A model generated the notes under the pieces. That model was not told the origin of the DNA. It was given only the letters and a program-made list of their open reading frames with translations, and did no database searches. A DNA stretch of 64,000 bases from Patescibacteria group bacterium. Its GTDB lineage: Bacteria > Patescibacteriota > Patescibacteriia > JBHPGJ01. Location: assembly GCA_042570545.1 (NCBI GenBank), contig JBHPGJ010000004.1:2223-66222 (forward strand), read 5' to 3'. Positions 1-8,922 of this stretch are shown one piece after another (the first letter of the stretch is position 1; every line of letters begins with the position of its first letter). The translations under genes and the position numbers were made by a program.

Positions 1-127
1 GCCATAAGCGGTCCATATTAGGCGTCTTAGCCTGACTGATAGCATTCCCCTTACCGGGGGGCGCCATGCCCCAGCCATCAAGAATAAGTAACACCGCCGG
101 AAAGTGAGGTTTCTTATGTTTGGGCAT
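1..127 (-). CDS. gpmI: 2,3-BPG-independent phosphoglycerate mutase, N-terminal part (runs off the window)
   Basis: Manual translation [42 protein letters not shown] has the LxILDGWG..NAI..A.TP motif; follows eno. Confidence 0.93.
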   Translation of the reverse strand, partial: MPKHKKPHFPAVLLILDGWGMAPPGKGNAISQAKTPNMDRLW

Positions 128-1385
128 GAGGTGATATTTCTTTTTCAATTTCTAATAACCGGTTGTATTTAGCAAGTCTCTCTTCTCTGGCCAGAGAGCC
201 CGCTTTTAAATAGTCAGCACCAATGGCTACTGCCAGATCGGAGATGAATGCATCATTTGTTTCACCTGAGCGATGAGATACGATTACTTTAAAATCATTC
301 TCTTTTGCCAGGCGCAAGCACTCTATGGCTTCACTGATAGTGCCAACCTGGTTTGGTTTTATAATAACCGCATTAGCTGCTTTTTTGCTAATACCTTTCT
401 GAAGCCACTTAGTCTGAGTTACAAACAAATCATCACCAACCAACATCATCTTATCTCCTAAGCGACCGGTCATCACCCGCCAGCCTTCCCAGTCATTTTC
501 TGTTAATCCGTCTTCAACTGATATTAGTGGGTATTTTAGCCGCCAATCATTATACAGCTGAATAAGTTGCTCTGTAGTATAAGTTTGTCCCTCTGGGCGG
601 AGCGCGTATCGGCCTTGCCCGCTAAAAAACTGACTAGCGGCGGCATCTAAGGCAATTTTGATGTCATCTCCCGGTACATAGTCGGCCTTGGTCATAGCGG
701 CAATAATAAATTCAAATGCCTCTGTATGGTTTTTTAATCGAGGAGCAAATCCGCCTTCGTCACCAACGGCAACAGAATATCCTTCATTACTGAGCAATCC
801 GGCCAGACGGTGAAAAACCTCGGCTCCGCGATCGAGATTTTCTTGAAATGTATTACTATCCGGTACGATCATAAATTCCTGAATAGATAACCCAGAATCA
901 GCATGTACGCCGCCATTTAATATATTAAACATCGGCTTGGGTAAATTCCATAATTTGTATTTGGGAGCATAGGTTTGCCGTAAATATTTATATAGCGGTA
1001 TTTTCTCATTTTCAGACGCTACACGCGCCAAAGCCAATGAAACTGAAAGCAAGGCGTTGGCTCCCAGGTTCGTTTTATTTTCTGTACCATCCAACTCGAT
1101 CAATTGTCTATCAAGCTTCCTAGTATCATCCACTGATTGGCCTTTTAAAGCTTCGTTAATAGTGGTATTTACATTACTTACCGCCTGCAATACACCTTTA
1201 CCGTCATAGCGTTTATCACCATCGCGTAACTCCAGAGCAGCCCGAGAGCCTGTTGAGGCTCCGGATGGCACAGAAGCCTTGGCATCTACCTTATTACTTA
1301 GGGTAACTTTAGTCTGGACTGTGGGATAACCCCGAGAATCCAGGATTTCCATTGCGTCAATTGATCTAATGGTTACTTTGGCCAT
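114..1385 (-). CDS. eno: Enolase
   Basis: [28 protein letters not shown] and SHRSGET motifs. Confidence 0.98.
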   Translation of the reverse strand: MAKVTIRSIDAMEILDSRGYPTVQTKVTLSNKVDAKASVPSGASTGSRAALELRDGDKRYDGKGVLQAVSNVNTTINEALKGQSVDDTRKLDRQLIELDGTENKTNLGANALLSVSLALARVASENEKIPLYKYLRQTYAPKYKLWNLPKPMFNILNGGVHADSGLSIQEFMIVPDSNTFQENLDRGAEVFHRLAGLLSNEGYSVAVGDEGGFAPRLKNHTEAFEFIIAAMTKADYVPGDDIKIALDAAASQFFSGQGRYALRPEGQTYTTEQLIQLYNDWRLKYPLISVEDGLTENDWEGWRVMTGRLGDKMMLVGDDLFVTQTKWLQKGISKKAANAVIIKPNQVGTISEAIECLRLAKENDFKVIVSHRSGETNDAFISDLAVAIGADYLKAGSLAREERLAKYNRLLEIEKEISPHAQT

Positions 1386-2570
1386 TTATTTTTCTCGCTT
1401 TAAATACTTAAGCCCAGGCAAAGTTTTGCCTTCAAGAAAATGCAACATAGCTCCGCCACCGGTAGATATAAAATCATATTGGTTAACCAGTCCGGCTTTT
1501 TTAACAGCGGAAATAGTATCGCCGCCACCAATGATACTTCTGGCTCTGGTTTTAGCTATTGTCTGCGCAATGCTTTTGGTACCTTTATTGAACATGGCAA
1601 CTTCACACAGCCCCATTGGTCCGTTCCAAACAATAGTTTTGGCTGATCTTATATATTTCTTAAATAGTTCAATGGTGTCAGGACCTATATCATAAATGAT
1701 TTCATGATTACCGACATTGCCTACGGCCCTTATTTTTGAAGAAATTTTCTTGTTACTACTAGTCACGATGACATCAATGGGGATGATAACGTTGTTCTTA
1801 AGAAAAGCCTTAGAACGCAATATATCCACCATCTCCTCTTCAAACAGTGACCGGCCGACTGTATGACCCTGGGCCTTAAAAATTGTGTTGGCCAAAGCGC
1901 CGCCCAGCAGTATGTATTCAAAATCGTTGGTCAACCTTTTTATTAATTCCAGACGGGTCGATACTTTTACCCCACCAATAATAGCCAGTCGGGGTTTCCT
2001 TGGTTTACAAAATAATGACGTTAACTCTTCCAACTCCGAACAAAGTAAAAACCCAGAGTAGCTAGGCAGATGTTTCTGTAGCAGTGCCAATGAGGCAGCT
2101 CGTCTATGTATCTGGGCAAAGGCATCGTTGACAACCACATCGCCCAAACGTGATAATTTTTTGGCTAATTGCTTACTGGCCTTTTGTTCACCGGTTTCAA
2201 ATCTTATGTTCTCCAGCATTATTATTTCACCCGGTTTCATCTTAGCGATCTCTTTTTCTACTTTTGGTCCAACACTTTCATTAAGTTTCTTTACCGGTCT
2301 TTTAATTAACTGTGATAATCTTCGAGCTACTGGATCTAATTTAAATCTTTTTTCTCTTTTTTTTGGCCGGCCTAACCAAGTCAGAATTATTACTTTAGCT
2401 TTTTTCTTCAACAAGTAACGCAATGTCGGTATGGTGGTTTTAATCCTGATATCGTCAGGTACGACAAAACTTCCGCCTCTTTTTTTTAGCGTAAAGTCGT
2501 AGGCCGTCCGGAATATGACCCTCTTTCCGCTGACATCAATCCCTTTAATTGTTTTAATTTTTTTCTTCAT
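1386..2570 (-). CDS. pgk: Phosphoglycerate kinase (divergent substrate site)
   Basis: LGRP, LENIRF, NDAF, WNGPMG, GGGDT and ISTGGGA motifs; operon with eno and gpmI. Confidence 0.95.
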   Translation of the reverse strand: MKKKIKTIKGIDVSGKRVIFRTAYDFTLKKRGGSFVVPDDIRIKTTIPTLRYLLKKKAKVIILTWLGRPKKREKRFKLDPVARRLSQLIKRPVKKLNESVGPKVEKEIAKMKPGEIIMLENIRFETGEQKASKQLAKKLSRLGDVVVNDAFAQIHRRAASLALLQKHLPSYSGFLLCSELEELTSLFCKPRKPRLAIIGGVKVSTRLELIKRLTNDFEYILLGGALANTIFKAQGHTVGRSLFEEEMVDILRSKAFLKNNVIIPIDVIVTSSNKKISSKIRAVGNVGNHEIIYDIGPDTIELFKKYIRSAKTIVWNGPMGLCEVAMFNKGTKSIAQTIAKTRARSIIGGGDTISAVKKAGLVNQYDFISTGGGAMLHFLEGKTLPGLKYLKREK

Positions 2571-2637
2571 TTTTTAGTTTTAATAAACATATTATAACAA
2601 AAAAAAGCTCTGCTGACAAAGAGTTATTATTCAGCTT

Positions 2638-3072
2638 TTAGCCTAAAAATTTGATAACTTGGTCAATTAATTGGCTGGGGCTGGTATCGGTTTTGATTAA
2701 ATATTTATCCACTCCCAGACTCTTGGCTCTTTTAACGTAGATATCGTTATCCAAATTCGTAAGCACAAACACATGAGCATCGTGGGTAATATCACTTTGC
2801 TTGACCAGCTCTAAAATATCAAAACCAACCGGATGCTCATACTCGATCACCAAGTCGTTAGAAACTGGAATTATCAGATCAAGCAGTATTAACGGCGGCT
2901 GGTGCTTGAACAGCAAATCCAGAGCCTCTTCTTTGTTTGTCGCTACCAATAATGAGTAGTCAGTGTTTTTAAAAGCTGCTTGATAGACCTTGTTGATCAA
3001 CGGCTCATCCTCGATCAATAGTACCGTTGCTTTGGTCCTACTTGATTTTTTCTTTAGCTTCATTTTTATCAA
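2638..3072 (-). CDS. Stand-alone CheY-like response regulator
   Basis: LLIEDE, ILLD, LTN and YLIK receiver motifs; overlaps the kinase stop. Confidence 0.9.
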   Translation of the reverse strand: MIKMKLKKKSSRTKATVLLIEDEPLINKVYQAAFKNTDYSLLVATNKEEALDLLFKHQPPLILLDLIIPVSNDLVIEYEHPVGFDILELVKQSDITHDAHVFVLTNLDNDIYVKRAKSLGVDKYLIKTDTSPSQLIDQVIKFLG

Positions 3073-5830
3073 TTAGTGTTTTAATTGGAACTTTAAACTG
3101 GAAAGTACTGCCTTTATTTTGCCCTTCCGATTCTACCCAGATCATACCACCGTGTCCTTCAATAATTTTCTTGGCGATAAACAAACCCAACCCGGAGCCA
3201 TCCGGATGTATCCGGGCAATACCTGAGCCGCGTACAAATTTATTGAACAATTCACGGGCATCAGAAGGCTTAATCCCCACACCGGTGTCTTTGAAAGTTA
3301 CATGTATGAAACCATCGGTTTTTTCGGCCAGTATTGTTACCGAGCCTTTGGCCGTATATTTAATAGCGTTGTCCAGAAGATTTAAGACCACGTCTTTTAG
3401 TTTATCCTCATCGGCAGTAATGTCGGGTAGCTTTGTCTTGGGTTTTTTATAAATTATTTTTATTTTCTTCTTGTCCGCCACTTTTTCAACTTCTTTGATC
3501 TGACTCTCAATAACCTCATTAATATCCGTTTGTTTAAGGTCGATCTCAAATTTCCCCGCTTCAATTTTAGACACATTTAGAAATAGATTTATCAGCCGGA
3601 TCATCCGCTGGCTCTCGCTCAATAAATCGATAAGAATCTTTGAATGCTTCGGCTCAAGCTTGCCAAAGTCGCCAGACGTCATCATTGATAAGTAGCCCAT
3701 AATGCCGGTCATCGGCGTCCTTAACTGATGTGAGGCAATGGAAACAAATTCAGTCTTGGCTTGATCCAGCTGCTGTAGGTGCATGTTGGCTTCTTCTAGT
3801 TGTCTATTAGTAACTTTTAATTTTTCAAATAAGTTTAGATTGCGAGCGACGATACCAACTTGGTCAGCGACAGTTTCCAGCACCTCAATCTCCCTCTCCG
3901 ACAGCTGATCTCGCGTTTTAGCCGAAGCTATATCCATCACGCCAATAACTTTGCCTTCGGAATAAAGTGGTATGGCAATTACTGTTTTAACACCCAATAT
4001 TTTATTGATAGTAGCCATGATCGGCCGAGGCACCGGTGGGGAGAAAAACTCGGTCATATTGTTACCGATCTTAATTTGTTTTTCCTTGATAGCCATACCA
4101 TCAAGGGTGGTGTCCTTATCTATTTCTGAGTAATAATCATACAGCGGTTTGGGCAGCAGTCTTATGGCCTTCTTGGTTAAGGCGGTTTCAGTAACTGCTG
4201 CCGGATGTATTCTTCTCGTCTCCGGCTCGATATATAGCAGCATGGCTCCGATATAATCCAGTTCATTAGCCAGGCTGTCTACAATGCTTTGGTTTACTTT
4301 ATTGAAATCAAGCGTTTCAGTTATAATTTTTGTTATACGCTGTACGGCCACCAGGGAAACGTTGCGGTCTTTCAACTCGGTGGTCGCTTGGTCGACCTTT
4401 TCTTTTAAGGTCTCAGAAAAATCCTTAACTTCACCAAAAAGCTTGGCCTTCTCAATAGCGGTAGCGATCTGCGGTCCGATGACATTTAAAAGCGCCAGCT
4501 CCTCGGCCGAGAAGCTATCGCCTGATCTTTTAGACCCTAGGGTAAGTACAGCACTTAATCGACCTTCGCTAAAGACCGGGCTGGCCAGCGAGGCATCGAT
4601 CATTTCAAAATCATGCCTTGATCTTTCCAGCTCCTGCTTCTCCGCTTCATTATTCGTATCTTCAATCCTTTTTTCTAAACTTTCTAAGATTGACGGGTGC
4701 TGTTTGATCTTCAGATATCTTATCAGTGCACTATGCTCACTTAAACAAAGATCTTTTTTATTCGGTGCTAGCATCTGGCTGCAATATTCCCCATTCTTTT
4801 CCAGCATTAGTATATCAGCGTGTTTTAATTTCAAACCTTCAGATAGGGACATAGAGACTGATCTTAATAATGGATGTAGTTCGTATTCCTTGTTGATTAT
4901 CTCTGACAACTGCTGTGATAAAATTTGATAATCAATTTTTGCTTTAAAGAATATGGCATCTGTAGCTTTTGATAACCAGCGTTTAAGAGGATCCAAACCA
5001 ATAACAATTAATAACGCGCCAATTACTGACATTATTATCGTATTGGCTCCAAACACCTCCGTGAATAGCGTTGTTGACATTAAAATAATTACGCTAAATG
5101 CTGCGGAGACAAACAATACAAGTAAAAAGTATATTATTGACCTAGATATAATAGCTCTAATATCCAGTAGTCTATGTCTTACAATTGCGTATGCAGTAAA
5201 GCTTGAAAATATTAAGAAACTATATATTCCAATACGGCTTATTTCTTTTCCCAACTCTGCGATTTGTGGCAATATTAAATTGGTTAGCAAAGCAACAAAT
5301 GAGGTGATGCTGAGGCCCCACAACATATAGGAGATTTGTACTTTGCTTATTCCCGATGCTATTTTTCGTTTTTTGAATAATATAAATATTCCATACACTA
5401 TATATAATAATAGTATAGCCGCATATAATGGATATAAGTTTCCTGACTCAACTCTAATCCCATCACTATAGAAAGTAACATTTTTAATTATTAAAGGGGT
5501 AAATAATAACAAAAATATAACTAATATAGGAGCGAGTCGATAAAAAGCAGTAATTGTCTTACCAGTCTCTTGCCTTGGAAAATTTTTAGCAAATTGTACA
5601 AAACTAAAACCAAGTAACGCAGCTAATGCAAAATCAAGTCCAACTAACAGATTAACCATTTCAATGTTTCTGGATTCTTCTTCAATAAATGTGACAACAC
5701 TCCACCCAACCATTGCTAGCAGCATTATTGCAAAATAAATATTTGTCTTATTAAACCTAGATCTTCTATAGACTAAACCTGCGACAAATAAATTTACTAG
5801 TACGACTGTTATTAATAAAATTATTCCCAT
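3038..5830 (-). CDS. Sensor histidine kinase (N-terminal 7TM region, GAF-like domains, HisKA, HATPase)
   Basis: Multi-TM N-terminus; ASHQLRTP H-box, NLLDNAIKYT, DTGVGI, GSGLGL. Confidence 0.95.
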   Translation of the reverse strand: MGIILLITVVLVNLFVAGLVYRRSRFNKTNIYFAIMLLAMVGWSVVTFIEEESRNIEMVNLLVGLDFALAALLGFSFVQFAKNFPRQETGKTITAFYRLAPILVIFLLLFTPLIIKNVTFYSDGIRVESGNLYPLYAAILLLYIVYGIFILFKKRKIASGISKVQISYMLWGLSITSFVALLTNLILPQIAELGKEISRIGIYSFLIFSSFTAYAIVRHRLLDIRAIISRSIIYFLLVLFVSAAFSVIILMSTTLFTEVFGANTIIMSVIGALLIVIGLDPLKRWLSKATDAIFFKAKIDYQILSQQLSEIINKEYELHPLLRSVSMSLSEGLKLKHADILMLEKNGEYCSQMLAPNKKDLCLSEHSALIRYLKIKQHPSILESLEKRIEDTNNEAEKQELERSRHDFEMIDASLASPVFSEGRLSAVLTLGSKRSGDSFSAEELALLNVIGPQIATAIEKAKLFGEVKDFSETLKEKVDQATTELKDRNVSLVAVQRITKIITETLDFNKVNQSIVDSLANELDYIGAMLLYIEPETRRIHPAAVTETALTKKAIRLLPKPLYDYYSEIDKDTTLDGMAIKEKQIKIGNNMTEFFSPPVPRPIMATINKILGVKTVIAIPLYSEGKVIGVMDIASAKTRDQLSEREIEVLETVADQVGIVARNLNLFEKLKVTNRQLEEANMHLQQLDQAKTEFVSIASHQLRTPMTGIMGYLSMMTSGDFGKLEPKHSKILIDLLSESQRMIRLINLFLNVSKIEAGKFEIDLKQTDINEVIESQIKEVEKVADKKKIKIIYKKPKTKLPDITADEDKLKDVVLNLLDNAIKYTAKGSVTILAEKTDGFIHVTFKDTGVGIKPSDARELFNKFVRGSGIARIHPDGSGLGLFIAKKIIEGHGGMIWVESEGQNKGSTFQFKVPIKTLIDKNEAKEKIK

Positions 5831-5833
5831 TAT

Positions 5834-6508
5834 TTATATTTTAAAAAATAATGATAAGAACTTGCCAACCACTCTGCCCAATTTTTTATTCCTTAAGAAA
5901 AAAGGATTTTTCCAAATTAATTGAATTCCGTAATTCATACTTTGATAATCTTTAAAATAATTCGGGATAATCTTACCTATCATAAGTCCCGAATTTTTAT
6001 AAAACCTTAGCTCTGGATCAAAAGGTTCACCATCTTGTGTAGTTTTTTTTGCGTACGTGTTCGCATCCATTTCATCAGAAAATTTATAGTAACCCGGTAG
6101 TCTTCCTCCAAGAACTCCGTATTGGATATTTTTCCTAATTGCCATTTTGCCAATTTCCTGCAACAGTTTTCTGGCAACCCCCTTATTTTGCGCTGATGAC
6201 TCCACGCTTAGATCAACTCCAAACACTACATTACCCCGTTGATTATGAACATTTTTAATATAACCGTTATCAGTTAATTCATACCATGTCTTACAAGGTT
6301 TACTAAAATCATAAATAATAATCTCAGCAGATACTACTCCAATGATGTGATTATCAATCAATGCAACTAGTTGGCCCTCCGGAAATATTTTTATTCTTGA
6401 TTCAAACATCCTTTCGTCAGCTGCCATTTCACTCGACCATGCGTTATTTTCAACATTTATGATTGAAGAAATATCAGATAGCTGCGCTTTTCTTACTTTT
6501 AATTTCAT
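5834..6508 (-). CDS. GNAT acetyltransferase (YkwB/nitrilase-associated type)
   Basis: V..SAQNKGVARKL acetyl-CoA motif; W.ELTD.G, GGRLPGY, DPELRFY. Confidence 0.8.
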   Translation of the reverse strand: MKLKVRKAQLSDISSIINVENNAWSSEMAADERMFESRIKIFPEGQLVALIDNHIIGVVSAEIIIYDFSKPCKTWYELTDNGYIKNVHNQRGNVVFGVDLSVESSAQNKGVARKLLQEIGKMAIRKNIQYGVLGGRLPGYYKFSDEMDANTYAKKTTQDGEPFDPELRFYKNSGLMIGKIIPNYFKDYQSMNYGIQLIWKNPFFLRNKKLGRVVGKFLSLFFKI

Positions 6509-6999
6509 ATTGGTTTACGATTTCTTAGCGGTAATGTGCCAATAATCATAACAATTACTATTTCGGTTATAGCCGCTAAAGTAATATATATGGGCAGCTT
6601 ACCCCACCCGGCAGTAATTAAATATATCCATGGTACAATTGCTGCAATTCTATTCATCATTAACCCTGTGTACATTGTCTTTCCTTCGACTTTAGCTTTC
6701 TTGAGTTTAAACTTTTTAATATCCTTAAATTTAATCTTAAATATTCCACTTCCCTTAAGCATTAAAAATATACCTAAAATAAAGAATATTTCTGAAATTG
6801 CAAAAAACCAAGCAATAACCACCAGGCTAACTCCATATTTTTCATTTATTACATTAGAAGCAAAAATTATTTTATCAATAAAAATTGTAACTAAAATAAG
6901 CAATATAATTATTGCAGTAATCTGGTATCTCCTTTTTCTCCTGATTATATGGTCGAAAGTATTTTCTAGAAAATTTTTTATTCCATTAAACATAAACAT
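6505..6999 (-). CDS. Basic multi-TM membrane protein, unknown function
   Basis: About 4 hydrophobic segments; overlaps the GNAT start. Confidence 0.7.
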   Translation of the reverse strand: MFMFNGIKNFLENTFDHIIRRKRRYQITAIIILLILVTIFIDKIIFASNVINEKYGVSLVVIAWFFAISEIFFILGIFLMLKGSGIFKIKFKDIKKFKLKKAKVEGKTMYTGLMMNRIAAIVPWIYLITAGWGKLPIYITLAAITEIVIVMIIGTLPLRNRKPI

Positions 7000-7092
7000 G
7001 ATTTGAAGAAATGTTTAAGATATTTACTGAAAGTTTTTTAATTATACCATAAAAATGGCCAAATATCTACTTAAATAACTGGCATTTTTTAT

Positions 7093-7785
7093 TTAATTAA
7101 TTCTTGTTTTTCGAAAAATTATATAACTTGCAAAGCCCAACCATGCCACCGATGATGCTGGTCCAATAAAGTCGTAAGAATTAACTTGCCCCTGACCGAT
7201 CCAAGGTAATAACAAATTTGTAGTAATGCCAAATGCCGATGAAATTATTACACCAATCAATAAGTATTTAAGCTGCCAACGATGGATTCCATCACTATGT
7301 CTGAACTTTTTATATAAATTTATAAACGCCCAACCCCAAAAAGCAATAAAATAAAAGGCAAATAAATGATATGCCGAGCCGTAAAATATTTGATATGGTG
7401 CTTCATATTCAAAACCTTTAATAAATAAATCAGTAAATATTATTACCAATATAAAAATAATCGTGGGCACAAATAATATCAAATAATTTTTAATAGTAAT
7501 TATTTTTTCTTTAAAAGGAAAAACCCATGAGAATAGTAAAAAAGTTGCTAATATAAAAAGTGCAGCGATAAATGTAAAATTCCACCAAAACCATTTAAGA
7601 GACTCGTCGACACTTATATATCCAAATCCATTACTAAATACCCAAAAAGCAACAAATAATGCAAATAATCCAAACGAGATAGAAATTTCACTACGTGTTT
7701 TTCTCACCAATATATATAGCGCTAGAATAAATTCCACCGCGGCGATTGGTATTAATAAAAAATTACCCCAGAATATTATATCCAT
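7093..7785 (-). CDS. Stand-alone HisKA_7TM-like membrane sensor domain
   Basis: 7 TM segments; shares F..FP, G..Y.L(Y/F), Q..Y.L.G and TNL.LP with the N-terminus of the 3038-5830 kinase. Confidence 0.8.
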   Translation of the reverse strand: MDIIFWGNFLLIPIAAVEFILALYILVRKTRSEISISFGLFALFVAFWVFSNGFGYISVDESLKWFWWNFTFIAALFILATFLLFSWVFPFKEKIITIKNYLILFVPTIIFILVIIFTDLFIKGFEYEAPYQIFYGSAYHLFAFYFIAFWGWAFINLYKKFRHSDGIHRWQLKYLLIGVIISSAFGITTNLLLPWIGQGQVNSYDFIGPASSVAWLGFASYIIFRKTRIN

Positions 7786-7806
7786 TTCTCAATATTAATT
7801 AACATT

Positions 7807-7911
7807 TTAATTCCTCTTCAAAATAATATAACTAGAAAATCCCAACCATATCAATGACGAACTTGGTCCAATCCATCCCCATCTACTATATGATGTCAGT
7901 GGTAAAATAAA
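7807..7911 (-). pseudogene. 3' remnant of a second stand-alone 7TM sensor gene
   Basis: Translates FILPLTSYSRWGWIGPSSSLIWLGFSSYIILKRN*, matching the C-terminus of 7093-7785 (LLPW...IGPASSVAWLGFASYIIFRK); no start codon, in-frame stop upstream. Confidence 0.8.
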
Positions 7912-8105
7912 TCCCCCGTCAGTAGATGAGAAGCTGGAGGGAAATCGGATACGGGATCCGCACAGGCTTCACGACATCTGATGTCGACGGGCGGTCTTCT
8001 CTCTATCTAAAGAATCGGCAGCCCCGCCACGGCGTAAAGCAAATTTTTTAGTCTCCGCTTAGATACGACCGTGGCAGGGCGATGGTGTATATTCACCAGA
8101 GATTA
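7905..8105 (-). ncRNA. Putative structured ncRNA unit 3 (hairpins 8021-8080 and 7915-7991)
   Basis: TTGACA at 8129-8134(-); stems GCCCTGCCACGG/CCGTGGCGGGGC and CCCGTC/GACGGG followed by a U-rich tract. Confidence 0.6.
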
Positions 8106-8134
8106 AAAATATGATAATAAATAATTATTGTCAA

Positions 8135-8310
8135 AAATAAGACCCGTAGCAATGGGTCAGACGATCCCAGCCCCTGATATGGGAGTCGCTTGAACAACTG
8201 CTACGGGCAAATAACTGCCCGACTGTCTTGCTCCGCACGTCCCCACGCGCCATCTCCTCCGTCACTAGGAACCCCGCTCAACAGTCGGGCATAAAGAATA
8301 ACTTTGCCCA
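8135..8310 (-). ncRNA. Putative structured ncRNA unit 2 (hairpins 8216-8291 and 8143-8207)
   Basis: TTGACA at 8334-8339(-); stems TGCCCGACTGT/ACAGTCGGGCA and CCCGTAGCA/TGCTACGGG, then a U tract. Confidence 0.62.
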
Positions 8311-8341
8311 CATATTAACTGTTATAATTATTCTGTCAAGT

Positions 8342-8712
8342 AATAAAAAGGCCCGTCGCTAGGCAGATAGTGAGTAAGGTGGGGAGGAAGTCCTTGCCTC
8401 ACAAAAGCGCAGCGACGGGAATCGGATGACCTGACCGGCACAACAATCCAAGGGGGATTACCTTATGTAGAAGATTGTTCACCGGCCAGGCCGAAAAAGA
8501 ATTGGGCTCCTGTTAGAAATCCCTGATACACTTTGTGCTATTAACCCCACCACCTCCTTTACCGATTTAGGTGGTCAACAGAAGTCAGCTACCCAGGAGC
8601 CCAAAAGGATAAATAAGGGTTGGCACATACCAGCACCGTTGTCTCAATGTTGTTGCTGTCTTTTTACCACCTCACCAGCCGACCCTTATTATTTATGAAA
8701 ACTGAACGGCTT
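8342..8712 (-). ncRNA. Putative structured ncRNA unit 1 (hairpins 8612-8690, 8502-8604, 8430-8490, 8352-8419)
   Basis: TTGACA(8740-8745)-17-TAACTT promoter; four 9-13 bp closing stems; ends CCCGTCGCT/AGCGACGGG then CCTTTTT. Confidence 0.62.
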
Positions 8713-8798
8713 GTACAAGTTAATATTAATAGAAATTTCTGTCAAGAAAAAAACCCATCTAAGGGCTTACGATAAATAATTTATAAAAAATTATTCTA

Positions 8799-8885
8799 CT
8801 ACCACCTTGCTTTGGCAGCGAATAAAACCACTCCCAGCAGAATCAGTCCGATTATCACTCCCATTATTTGACCTTGGGTAACCAT
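8799..8885 (-). CDS. 28-aa single-TM microprotein MVTQGQIMGVIIGLILLGVVLFAAKARW
   Basis: TTGGCT-17-TATAAT promoter 6 nt before ATG (leaderless); own terminator AAGCCC-ttagat-GGGTTTTTTT at about 8747-8768. Confidence 0.65.
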   Translation of the reverse strand: MVTQGQIMGVIIGLILLGVVLFAAKARW

Positions 8886-8922
8886 GGCTATATTATATCA
8901 GTTTATTTAATGTCAGCCAATG

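Noticed and set aside
4284-7006. Long + strand ORFs (4284, 4953, 6536) and similar antisense ORFs across the window
   Set aside because: Antisense shadows of well-supported - strand genes, with no motifs of their own
7093-7911. DGR template/variable repeat pair (7TM remnant vs intact gene)
   Set aside because: Differences are not adenine-specific and include indels; no reverse transcriptase in the window
8132-8254. 40-aa ORF MARGDVRSK... after GGAGGAG within ncRNA unit 2
   Set aside because: The SD abuts the ATG, the ORF runs through both stems and the terminator, and the peptide has no recognisable features
8381-8716. RNase P RNA (GAGGAAGTCC ... GAACGGCTT on the + strand)
   Set aside because: The motif lacks one A, the P4 pairing fails, no P1 helix forms, and promoters, terminators and G-U pairs mostly point to the - strand
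7905-8745. CRISPR array or integron attC array
   Set aside because: No identical direct repeats, no RYYYAAC/GTTRRRY ends, no cassette ORFs, and no cas or intI genes in the window
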